A stretch of 32,000 nucleotides of DNA from Candidatus Heimdallarchaeota archaeon (GTDB lineage Archaea; Asgardarchaeota; Heimdallarchaeia; JABLTI01): positions 137,888 through 169,887 of the forward strand of contig JAUWKS010000002.1 of NCBI GenBank assembly GCA_030614005.1, in the 5' to 3' direction. Within the stretch, counting starts at the first letter, position 1. Each line of letters starts with the position of its first letter. This document shows, piece by piece, positions 1 through 9,800 of the stretch. The translations under genes and the position numbers were made by a program. A model generated the notes under the pieces. It made no database searches. It was given only the letters and a program-made list of their open reading frames with translations, and was not told where the DNA came from.

Positions 1-1884
1 CAGCTATTAGACAATGCTATGAAGGATAGTGACTGGGTGTCATTTTATAACTTTATGAATGGCATTTTTCTAAATAACCCCTCTATTCTGAAAGTTGAAA
101 GGTATCTAGAGTTTTTGCTTAAAAGTGAATATCCGGTTTTCAGATTTCTAGGTGTAAATGCATTATTCTTCTCTGAAAATACTTTACAAGAAAAACGGCT
201 AGATGGAATTTTAGCCAAAGAGGAGAATCCAAATGTAATTGCTGCAGCTATTAGAATTAAAGCACTAAGTGGAGGATTAAATTTCGATAATGTTATTAAT
301 TTCTTTAATTGGAAATTTCAATTCAAAAGAATGTATATGAAAGAAATTAATATTGGTGCTACAAGAGATATTGAACTTACAGTTATCTCCACACCAATGA
401 ATGAAGATCTTAAATTTGAAATAAAGAATAGAATGTATTCCTTTGGAATTGCCACTAATCATTTTACTTCTTTTCTGCAGACATTGCATACAAAATACGG
501 ATACAAAAAGAGTAAAATGTATCCCTTTGATATAATTAAAAAACTTAGACAAAAAGAGAATTTGAAAGATATTGAATTTGAAATACCAAATTGGTTAATC
601 ATTGGATTAAAAAACAAATATGAACCTCTAATTAGAGCATCATTGGTATACTTGATTGCATATTTAATGGAAATAAAATCGATAAATGTAAATACTATTG
701 TTGAGCTCATCAAACCATTAGATGAACACGATGATAAAGAAATAAAAGCATATAGTAAATTTCTTCTATCATTGTATCAAGAAGGTTATTTCCTTAATTG
801 TTTAAATGAAATATCCGAATTCACAAATATAGAACAATTAGCTCTCATATGGTCAATTTCACTAAATACAGATTTTAGTGTTCATAGAAAAATTTTCAAA
901 ATACTACCTTCACTATCTGAACGTATAAGAGAGTTATATTTCTCTTTTATACCTCAAACCAATGAGTTATTCTATTTATACTTAGAGGAAATTACAAAAA
1001 ATCCAACAGTTGCTTATCCAGAGTATGTCTCACAATTTGAAAAACATAAATGGGGATTCTCACCAAGAAAGGAGTATATTCCTGGGAGAGATGTTCTATT
1101 CACTTGGAATTACGTTTTTGCAGATTCAATTATTTGGACTCACATAAAGAAATCTCTTAATATAAACCCAAATGATAAACCATATCCTGAAGATATAATT
1201 GATAAATCAATGAATTGGTTATCAAAATTGAATACTCAACCATTTGATATTTTGGGTACAAAAATATATCAAATTATCGAAGAAATGTTAGATTCAAAAG
1301 ATTCAATTATTTGTTCCCTTGGAATATTATTATCATCCATGACTAAAAAATTTCCAAAAAATTTCTCATCAAAGATAAATAATGAAAGCTGGGTTAAAGC
1401 TAATATTTATTCTTTATTGATGTTATTTGATGATTTACCACTCGATAATTCTTTAAAGATTATTCAAATTGGTTTGAAATCAAATCATCCAATAAATGTC
1501 TATTTGGCATTAAAGTGTATAAAATTAGAATTTGGATTCAAAAAAGTAATCGAATTATTGGATAAGAAGCTATTACAATTTGGCTTGCACAATGATCTAT
1601 ATTATCATGATAATCGAATCAAAATCATTGAAGCTATTCGTTTATTCTGGAAGGAGAATTGTAATCAATTACTGAAAGAAGATTTTGATTTTGTAATGAA
1701 ATGGGCTGCTGAGACAAATAGAATCATTTGGTTATCATGGGAACAAATTCAACGTAATACTTTGTTTGATATTCTAAATTGGTCTCTTGAAAATGAAGAG
1801 AACCAAAACTTGTATTGGACTATTACCCATGTTTTATTTAGCAGAATTTGGTTCTCAAAAGGACTGCCTTGGAATAAAAGATGA
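1..1884 (+). CDS. Hypothetical alpha-helical (HEAT/ARM-like) protein, probably 5'-truncated by the window edge
   Basis: 621-aa ORF from ATG 19. The frame is open back to base 1 (CAG CTA TTA GAC AAT GCT ATG). Leu/Ile-rich helical pattern with HEAT-like segments (ENPNVIAAAIRIKAL; no catalytic motif recognised). Confidence 0.6.
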   Translation, partial: QLLDNAMKDSDWVSFYNFMNGIFLNNPSILKVERYLEFLLKSEYPVFRFLGVNALFFSENTLQEKRLDGILAKEENPNVIAAAIRIKALSGGLNFDNVINFFNWKFQFKRMYMKEINIGATRDIELTVISTPMNEDLKFEIKNRMYSFGIATNHFTSFLQTLHTKYGYKKSKMYPFDIIKKLRQKENLKDIEFEIPNWLIIGLKNKYEPLIRASLVYLIAYLMEIKSINVNTIVELIKPLDEHDDKEIKAYSKFLLSLYQEGYFLNCLNEISEFTNIEQLALIWSISLNTDFSVHRKIFKILPSLSERIRELYFSFIPQTNELFYLYLEEITKNPTVAYPEYVSQFEKHKWGFSPRKEYIPGRDVLFTWNYVFADSIIWTHIKKSLNINPNDKPYPEDIIDKSMNWLSKLNTQPFDILGTKIYQIIEEMLDSKDSIICSLGILLSSMTKKFPKNFSSKINNESWVKANIYSLLMLFDDLPLDNSLKIIQIGLKSNHPINVYLALKCIKLEFGFKKVIELLDKKLLQFGLHNDLYYHDNRIKIIEAIRLFWKENCNQLLKEDFDFVMKWAAETNRIIWLSWEQIQRNTLFDILNWSLENEENQNLYWTITHVLFSRIWFSKGLPWNKR

Positions 1885-1917
1885 TGATATTTACGAACAT
1901 TCAAATTTACACCCAAG

Positions 1918-2397
1918 CTACAATTGAAATGGTATTAGATAATAGCTTAGTTCAATGGTTCCACCCAATTTTGGATAGTTTATGCTTTGCAATATAATTT
2001 TGTTCGTTTCGACAGTGATTGGAGTTATTAACTTCATTGAGTTTTTACCCACCATTTTTGTTATCAAAACTATATAGTAGCTTTCATTTACCAGTTGCTC
2101 TCCATAAACTACAAATGCAGTTAGGTTATCGTAGATGTATGTTCCACGTGGGTTTAAACTGGCAGGGTACTCTTGATAGCCAAATTGTGCATTTGATCGT
2201 ATTTTGAAATCATACCAAATTGATCCACTAAAACTATCGCTTATATTTAGATCCACTATTATCATTGATAATTTCTGCATCTTATCCTGCTGGTTCTGAT
2301 AATATGAATTCACACTGACTGGTATGACTATCGAACTAACAACCACTATTCCTACTATTGAAAAAAACAATATCTTTGTTTTCTTTTCTCGATCCAT
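1918..2397 (-). CDS. Membrane-anchored hypothetical protein
   Basis: 159-aa ORF: basic N-terminus, one hydrophobic helix (ILFFSIVGIVVVSSIVIPV), then a beta-rich domain. Confidence 0.7.
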   Translation of the reverse strand: MDREKKTKILFFSIVGIVVVSSIVIPVSVNSYYQNQQDKMQKLSMIIVDLNISDSFSGSIWYDFKIRSNAQFGYQEYPASLNPRGTYIYDNLTAFVVYGEQLVNESYYIVLITKMVGKNSMKLITPITVETNKIILQSINYPKLGGTIELSYYLIPFQL

Positions 2398-2645
2398 ATG
2401 AAGTTCTCTCCTAGGCTATACTTTGTTCATCTGTTATATTAATCTTTTTTTTATAAAGTTGAATTTTTTTCTAATTATCTTTTTATCCGGTTATGTTTCT
2501 TACTTTATCCATTTTCGAGCTGAACGAGCTCTACGATATAGCATTGCTCATGCTGAAGAATAGATGCATCTCAGCTTCCCTAGTAGGTTGGAGTTTTCCT
2601 CTTTTCCTTACCGACGTTGAGAATATTTTCCACCTAAATAAGAAT

Positions 2646-3027
2646 TCAAGCGGATTGCAGAAGGAGGAAATACAGTAAAAGTGGGAAACCAACACCAAAA
2701 GCAAGTAGGGATGCAAATGAAACAAAATATTTCACCCATTTCTTTGTTACTGTTCTTACATATCCGGCCGATCTTCTCGAGATAGAATATTTCCTAAATT
2801 GCCAATTTGTTAAAGGTGTTACCGGTGGATCATATTTCTTTCCTTGTGGTTTTTCTGTAATGCTTAGTAAATGATTCCAAGTTTTCACTTGTAAAATACA
2901 TCGATACTCTTCAAATGGGCTATAACCAAGTTCTTGGTCCTTCGTTTTGTTGTAGTATTTTTCCCCTTTCTTTTCTATTTCTGTGAATTCATGTCCGGGA
3001 GCTTCTATTGTTGACCGTTCCTTTTTT
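2646..3027 (-). pseudogene. 3' half of the host membrane-protein gene interrupted by the 3028-14168 element
   Basis: The frame of the 80-aa track ORF (2646-2888) stays open upstream to the TIR (KKERSTIEAPGHEFTEIEKKGEKYYNKTKDQELGYSPFEEYRCILQVKTW...). It has no ATG there and ends in a C-terminal TM helix. Confidence 0.75.
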
Positions 3028-3045
3028 TATGGACAAATAGGACAT
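3028..3045 (+). repeat. Left terminal inverted repeat TATGGACAAATAGGACAT
   Basis: Exact reverse complement of 14151-14168; contains GGACA twice, 9 bp apart. Confidence 0.9.
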
Positions 3046-3165
3046 TTATCCATCACCAGTCACCACAACAAGTCCAGAGGATTTGTTGCAGCTCATCTCT
3101 GAGCCCCCACTAGGAATAGTTGAGTGGAGGGTTCCCGAGTCCATGTAGGGCACGGGGCTAGTGTC
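3046..3165 (-). ncRNA. Candidate TnpB omegaRNA/reRNA scaffold overlapping the tnpB 3' end
   Basis: Three consecutive hairpins on the minus strand: CCUCCACU/AGUGGGGG (8 bp with a G-U pair), GCUCA-GAGA-UGAGC (GNRA loop), CAACAA-A-UCC-UCU-GGA-C-UUGUUG. The G-U pair and GNRA loop favour the minus strand. This is the known position of TnpB omegaRNAs. Ends are approximate. Confidence 0.65.
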
Positions 3166-4686
3166 TTTAAGACTTTTAATTTTAACATAATCTATGAAGC
3201 TTGCACGATAAATGTTCACAGAAGCATTATAGTCTCTGTCTGCAGTGAAACCGCATTCGGGGCAGTGGAAGAAGCGACCACATTTGTTCTCTAACAGATT
3301 GTTTGGTCCTTTCACTTTCAAGCCTTTTGCGCTGCATCTTGAGCAGTGACTGGAAGTATTCCAAGGACAAACTTTCACAAGTGTTAGCCCTTTTTGTCGG
3401 CACTTGTAGTCTAGGAGGAAGACTATTCTTCCTCTTAGCCAGTAGCTTAATTTTCTTGACCAGGATCTCTTTCCACGAGGAGGTTTGTAATCTCGCAGGT
3501 CTTCGATAGCGATTTTTGTGCACTGCCATTTTTGGGCAATTTCTATGAGCTTGTTTGTTGTATAATGAGCCAATTCTTCTCCTAAGCGATTTCTTTTTTG
3601 GTAGAGCTTGCTTCTCTCTTCTTCTCTTCGAGCGACTTTTATTTGCTTGCTTGGTCTTTTCTTTTTCTGCTTGGATAGTTGTCGTTGTATGCCGGCAATA
3701 TGCCCATATAGTCTTTCTATGTGCCTGTATTGTCCACCGATCATATTGATGAAAATTGGCTTGGAAATTTGTTTTCCATCCTCACAAACCACACATGTAG
3801 CCACTTTTTTCAAACCAGGATCTACTGCAAGCACTCGCTCTTTTCCTTCTTTTGGTATCGTTTCTCCTGGGTATTCCCATGGAAACTGTAAGAAGAAGTA
3901 TTCGAGCCCTGCTTTCAAGTTCTTGGTTCGCAAAGTAGGTTTTAATGGTTGAGGATATATTGCTTGTGCGATTTTTTCTTCTATTTTTTCGGGCACGAAC
4001 AGTGTTTGTTCTATCCAAACCCAATCGCTTCTCTTTTTTGGTTCCAAACTTGTTGGTAGCTTTATCTCTAGATTGATGGTTTGTTTTTCTACAGTATATT
4101 TTATTGCTTGGTCATCATCTGGTGCGTAAGGGAAAGTGTATCGTTTTATTTTTGGTTTCACAAAGTCTGTGTAAATGAAATTAGAAAATGCCTCTCCGAG
4201 TCTTTGGTGCAAATTCTTTATCATTTCTATTGTTTGCTCGATCATGACTTTCTTGTATCGGTAGTAAGTTTTTTCACCATTCTTTGCGGTATTTCTGCAG
4301 TGCTGTCTTACCACTGAAACCAATTTTTGTTCTGTTGTTTGTATCCCTAACCACTCGACTATTTGGATGCAATCATAGTAACAGCTCATGCGCTTATGTT
4401 GTCCTCTAATTATTCGTCCTACCCATTCTGTTACTCCTCTTAGTACCCTGGAGGGAAGATATACTCCTTCTGTTTTCGCTTGTGCTTCGTTGATTGCTTT
4501 GTATGCATTGAGTTTGCTTTCACCTATCCTTGTTATCCATTCTTCTGACCATATTTTATCGAGGAGGTCTTGAGCAGTTTTTGTCGTTAACTCTTTGAAC
4601 CAGTTTAATCTTTCATCTTGTGTCATTTTGAATTGGTAGCTATTGATTGGATTATTTTTGTTTCTCTTTTTCTTGTTGGAGGACAT
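3046..4686 (-). CDS. tnpB: TnpB/Cas12f-like RNA-guided endonuclease (IS200/IS605 OrfB family), 546 aa
   Basis: RuvC-I VLAVDPG (D289), RuvC-II IAIEDL (E395), Zn finger CSRC...CPEC, RuvC-III ADRDYNAS (D485). All three catalytic acidic residues are present. Confidence 0.92.
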   Translation of the reverse strand: MSSNKKKRNKNNPINSYQFKMTQDERLNWFKELTTKTAQDLLDKIWSEEWITRIGESKLNAYKAINEAQAKTEGVYLPSRVLRGVTEWVGRIIRGQHKRMSCYYDCIQIVEWLGIQTTEQKLVSVVRQHCRNTAKNGEKTYYRYKKVMIEQTIEMIKNLHQRLGEAFSNFIYTDFVKPKIKRYTFPYAPDDDQAIKYTVEKQTINLEIKLPTSLEPKKRSDWVWIEQTLFVPEKIEEKIAQAIYPQPLKPTLRTKNLKAGLEYFFLQFPWEYPGETIPKEGKERVLAVDPGLKKVATCVVCEDGKQISKPIFINMIGGQYRHIERLYGHIAGIQRQLSKQKKKRPSKQIKVARREEERSKLYQKRNRLGEELAHYTTNKLIEIAQKWQCTKIAIEDLRDYKPPRGKRSWSRKLSYWLRGRIVFLLDYKCRQKGLTLVKVCPWNTSSHCSRCSAKGLKVKGPNNLLENKCGRFFHCPECGFTADRDYNASVNIYRASFIDYVKIKSLKDTSPVPYMDSGTLHSTIPSGGSEMSCNKSSGLVVVTGDG

Positions 4687-4857
4687 TTTTTCTTCGCGTT
4701 TACTGTTGTTTAGCTAGATATAATTAAATTCTCTAAGGAGATTACCGAAAGTATTAGAGATTTGTTTAAAAGAATAGTTGAACGAATAGCTAAACGTACA
4801 GCTTTTCTAAGAGGTATTTAATAAAGGAAGTGGGAATAACCTTCTAGGAGAACAGCT

Positions 4858-6486
4858 ATGCAAGACTTTCTCAATTGGCGAACGGATCCATTACTAGTGG
4901 ATATTGAACCTGCCAGACCTAACCAATGGTTCACAGCAAATGAGTTAATAGAGGGAGATAGAAGAGATTCATTCATAACACCGGAAAATCAATTGCTTCT
5001 TTATCCAATCATGATCCGAAAAAACGATTTCATAACCGGGGAACGAATCTTGCAATCGTTTCCATATATTCTATTAGACACTAGAATAATTTCCAAATGT
5101 CGTAAACAATCTCTTGCATTAGCAGAAAAAACCCATTATTATTTTCAAGGCTCTAATTATAATCATTCTATTCGTGATTGGCAGAAAAAGTTCATCAGTT
5201 ATTTAGAAGAACAACAACGCCTGCCTTTTCCTCTATTTCGACTTTATGATGATTGGTTAGATTATATAAAAGAGAAAAAATTTGCTCGATTCCAATCTGC
5301 TCGAGGAGAGAATTTTCAATTACCACTTTATCTTTCCGAGGACTTGGCTTATCTTTCCGGTGTGGTTATGGGTGATGGTCATCTGGCGGAATATTTTGTT
5401 AATATCATTGATTCTTCAAAAGAGCACATTCTAAATTTAAAAGAAAAGCTTGAAGAGCAATTCAATTCCAAAACGGAATTTTTCAAACAACCAAACGCTA
5501 AAGCTTGGAATGTCAATATTCTAGGTAAATGGATCGTTCGCTTCTTTAACTTTATTTTATCACAACCAATTAAAGAGAGAAAATATCCTGCTCTTAGAGA
5601 ACCATTTATTTTTCGAGAGAATGAGTATTTTCGCAGTAGGTTTTGGTCAGGATTGATGGATGCAGATGGTACCTATAAAAGAGTTATTGGATTTAGTTCT
5701 GCATCCAAACAACTTCGATCTGACTTTTCTAATTACTTAGATGAAAACAATATAAAACATCGATTTTATGAGTATAGTGTTTTTGGTGGAACTACTTTTA
5801 GTATAACTATTGCAGGTCATTCAAGAAAGCCATTTGCTCAACAAATAGGTTCAAATCATCCAGATAAACAACAAGAACTGCAGTTACTATTACAGAAAAA
5901 AGTCTATCGATTTTCACCTCGAATTACTACTCTCAGAAAAAAAAACTCATGGAACGAGCAAGTTCAAGACTTTTCTAAAGATGCAATCCTTGATGGTTTT
6001 TTTAATCTTTCATTAATTACCACTCTACAAATTTTAGATTTAGGTAGTGATATAAAATCACTGCGAAAAAAGCACAAGGAAAAACAAAAAGAATTAGCTT
6101 CATATTTAGAGATTACCCCTAGTTTACTTTCAAAATATGAATTAAATAAAACAGCACTTCCAATTTATATTCTTAAAAAGATACTTTCAAAATACAATGT
6201 TTCATTTAATCACTTTTTTTCTCAATTAAGTAATTTAATTTTCCGTTCTACAAGTTCTAGTTGTCAGTTTCCATTAAAACCAGAAGAAAGGTTATTGACT
6301 TTAATTAGAGGATTACAAATTATGCCAGAAAATTATTTTCGAGTTATAGGATTGAGAGAAGTGTCAATTGAACATTATAAGAAAGAAATTAGTGATTATT
6401 TTAAAATTAATGAACCTATAACAGATGTTTTTCATAACGCTTGTTTAGTTGAATTGATTCGATCATTTTGCTTAATCCGAAATTAA
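4858..6486 (+). CDS. Stand-alone double-motif LAGLIDADG (DOD/intein-type) endonuclease with a C-terminal XRE-type HTH
   Basis: Motifs LAYLSGVVMGDGHL (~5344-5385) and FWSGLMDADGTY (~5641-5676). HTH IKSLRKKHKEKQKELASYLEITPSLLSKYELNK (~6055-6150). RBS AGGAGA upstream. No intein splicing termini recognised. Confidence 0.85.
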   Translation: MQDFLNWRTDPLLVDIEPARPNQWFTANELIEGDRRDSFITPENQLLLYPIMIRKNDFITGERILQSFPYILLDTRIISKCRKQSLALAEKTHYYFQGSNYNHSIRDWQKKFISYLEEQQRLPFPLFRLYDDWLDYIKEKKFARFQSARGENFQLPLYLSEDLAYLSGVVMGDGHLAEYFVNIIDSSKEHILNLKEKLEEQFNSKTEFFKQPNAKAWNVNILGKWIVRFFNFILSQPIKERKYPALREPFIFRENEYFRSRFWSGLMDADGTYKRVIGFSSASKQLRSDFSNYLDENNIKHRFYEYSVFGGTTFSITIAGHSRKPFAQQIGSNHPDKQQELQLLLQKKVYRFSPRITTLRKKNSWNEQVQDFSKDAILDGFFNLSLITTLQILDLGSDIKSLRKKHKEKQKELASYLEITPSLLSKYELNKTALPIYILKKILSKYNVSFNHFFSQLSNLIFRSTSSSCQFPLKPEERLLTLIRGLQIMPENYFRVIGLREVSIEHYKKEISDYFKINEPITDVFHNACLVELIRSFCLIRN

Positions 6487-6524
6487 AGTAATGTTTTGAT
6501 TCTAGACAAAAAAAAGTTAATAAT

Positions 6525-6593
6525 TCGCACTTTGGGGTGCGTTCGCATCGACGCTACTCATCGCTTACAGCGATTCCTCACGCGTCAGAGCGA
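6525..6593. other. GC-rich multi-hairpin intergenic segment (candidate ncRNA or cis element)
   Basis: About 58% GC by hand count, in AT-rich surroundings. Stems CGCAC/GTGCG (6526-6541), ATCGCT/AGCGAT (6560-6574), enclosing GACGC/GCGTC (6550-6586) and TCGC/GCGA. Confidence 0.5.
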
Positions 6594-6806
6594 TTTTCTA
6601 TTAGTTTTTTGTATAAAAAAGTCAAAAGTTTTGAAATACAGCTAATCAGAAAGGAATGTCATTATTTTTGACGTTTATAAATGAAATAGATTTTTGGGCT
6701 TTTTTAGTCATTTTTAAAGAAAATTGGCTAGTGTTTAATAGTTAAGGGTTAAATTTCAGGAAATTAGCAAAAAAGACTGAAAAAAGTGTTAAAATGAGGT
6801 TTTTCT

Positions 6807-9800
6807 ATGAGTAAAGCTGTTTCTTCCACAAAAAAACTTCCTCTTTGTCTTTCTATGGGTGTGACAGAGGTGCTAGAAGGAAGGGAGAGCATAACAGGTA
6901 AAGACCTTCTAGATTATTTTTCTTTACAGGATAAAACATCTTTTCTTACTAACACGAAAAATTTTGTTCTTGTTTGTGGAAATAAACAGAGACCAAATGA
7001 CTATGAGCCTAACAAATTCCTCGGCTCTTTTGGTGTTCGAAGAGCACTAGCAATGAAGAATTACACTCGATTGCCTGTAATTATTGTTACCAATAACCGT
7101 TTTGAAACTTCTATGCTTATTGAGCAGTTTAATAAACTAACTTCTTGTTTCAAACTATACACATCAAAGAAAAGTCAAAGAGAAAATATTAATGAAGAAA
7201 TTAAAGCGGACTACCCGAATGAAGCAGACTTTATACTGACAACATATAGCTCTTTCTGGGATCAAACAACAAACAAGGATGATCCATCTTCAGAACAAAT
7301 TATCTTAATCAATCCATTAAGACTAAAATATATCATCGAGGATGTAGGCAAATTAGATGTCATTTTTGGCTGTATACATAGGCATAAGCGAATAAGACCG
7401 AATTATTCCTTCATTCTTGATGAAGCACACTACCCAATTCTATCAAAGAAAGATTATCAATTCTTATTTAAAGCAGGCAATAGTCTTTTCTTTAGATGCA
7501 AAGAGAGAATGCTTTTAGAATATAATAATCCATTCAGAGAAGCTATTTCTCACCTAACTAGTGATCAATTCCAGCTATTTATTTTCACAGATCTTTTTAG
7601 GGGAAGAAAACTGATAAAAGAACTGGTTAAAGAGTTCAAATCAACTTTTACTTATAAAATGTACCTCTACAGTAATGGTATTTTTCCAACAATTGATGAA
7701 AAATTGCCTTCAAAAGAACTTCTTAAAGAAAAGAATAGGCTTGATAAGAAAGTTTTAAGTGGAATTGTAAAACAAATACATTTATTCACAAAAGGAAGCA
7801 ACACCAAAACGATAACAGGAAAAGTAACTTACAGCGATTTTGATTTTAACGTTGGCCTCAGTAAACAAGAGATATCTCGAACGTATTCCTGGGATAAACC
7901 AAAAGAAGCAGCAAGATTCCTTCCGGTAGTCACTAAGGAAGAAGGAAGATTCAAACTTAGCGCTCTAGGAGAAGAAATATTTGGTGTGTCATCATGGTTT
8001 AGTGGTGTTGAGGACAATTTTAGCGAACTTTTAGCTCACTTTTCTAGGATCCTTTACAAAAACAAGAAGGAAAACCACAAATTTTCCGTGAAAGAGATAA
8101 TCATTTTTTATCTTCAAATGATAGATTGCAATTATGAAACAGTGAAAAGATTTGAGGAGGCAATTCCTGAAAAGTTAGACACAGAAAAAAAGAATGACCA
8201 AATGATCGCAATCCTTGAAAAGAAATTCAAGCCACTAGTTAAAAATTTCAAAAGAGTTTCAGCAAAAAAAATCCTTGGTGCTTTTGAAAAATTAATGAAT
8301 ACTGAAGCATACATTTTCTATCAACAATTCAAGAATTATAAGAAAGAAGAGAAACGTTCCTGGGAAGAGAGAAGGAGAAAAGCGGTCCTAAGAAAAGCAA
8401 ATTATCAGCCCTTAGCTGTGAAATTCACAGGTGATTATTATCACATGTTTTGGCAAGACGCCAAGAAGTTATTGGAAGAATTAGTTGAAGAAGGGCGACT
8501 TGTCAGGATTATTTCTTACAATGGTAGAGGAAAACCGATACTAAAGTACCTTACTCAAGAATTACTGGATGCGAACCCTCATTTCCAAAAGAATTGCGGG
8601 AACTGTCAATGGTACAATCAACGCTTCAAAACATGCACCTTTTTACGTTTAAAACAAGCGAAAAACCCGAGTACAATGACAAAAGAAGAATTTGAATATG
8701 CTAATGATACACTAAGATTTGAAGCAACTGCTTGTGAGAAGTACATAGAAAAAGATGATTTTCAGTCGATGGAAGGCAATGTTAAGTTCACTGCTACCGT
8801 TGAGAAGTTAACTAAAGATATGAAGAATATATCAATGAGCTTTTTATCAGGAGATATTGCAGAGTACAAGTATCATTGTCTTTCTTGCCAGGAACAAATA
8901 GAAGAATTTGGTACAGGTGATAGAATCTTCTTTCCAAGGAGAAGAATTATTTGTCCTAACTGTTCGACAGTTTATCTTCAACTAAAAGATCGGAAAAAAG
9001 TAAAAGTGAAAATGGAGGAAAGAGATCATCAAAGAAGCTTATACTTCAAAGAAACTGGGACCATTACTGACGTTTTGAGGAAGAAAGATTCTGCTCGTGT
9101 TTTTGTCATACATGACATAGATAGTGCTAGATTAAGAATCAACGAAGAAAATGATGAGCCACCTTATTTTCTAGTGATAGGTAAAAATGAAATAGCTCTG
9201 GATTTGGTGCAGTTTGTCTATTTTTCAGGTATACGTCATCAAGAATTAGAAGAAACAATGTGGTTACTAGCGGACCTTGATTCTGAAAGATACAAATACA
9301 AAATTAAGCGAACAGAACAAAAGTCAAAGAAGAAAAAAGCAAAAAGTCGATATAAAAGACCCTTTTCAGCTGAAGACTATTCCAATATCATAAAAATAAT
9401 CAAAAAAAGCTCCGATAAAGAAATATTCAACCATCAATTTTTGGAAGCAAGGCTTATCTCAAATATTGCTGGAATGTTATCAATAAAATATGAAATAGAA
9501 ATGGAAAGCTTCTCTGACTGGCATTACAATCACCAATTGTTGGAAATGGTTGATTTGCATATGAAAGTAATTGGCGGAGAAGTAAAGTCAAGCTATTATG
9601 GAACTCAATTAGAAGCACTTAGCAACAAGCACTTTTTTGACTTTTTGAAGGGAGAAGCTGCGAGAGTAGGTCTCTGGTCAAAAGGGCGAGTGAATAGCAG
9701 GCTAGTGATAGATATGCTTAAATCCTTCAGCCAAAAGGTTAGTAGTGCTTTTTCACCTTTAGATGCTTTACTGAATCAAATGTTGCGCTCATTCAGAGTA

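Noticed and set aside
4714-4821. 35-codon open stretch LDIIKFSKEITESIRDLFKRIVERIAKRTAFLRGI* on +
   Set aside because: Looks amphipathic but has no start codon and no recognisable family; it may be a gene remnant or chance.
3046-4857. Independent IS605/IS1341 insertion sequence around tnpB
   Set aside because: No tnpA and no obvious left-end hairpin at 4687-4857; the 3' end coincides with the larger element's TIR. Not fully excluded.
4858-6486. Intein
   Set aside because: No N-terminal Cys/Ser block, no C-terminal His-Asn, and no host extein; the gene has its own RBS and stop.
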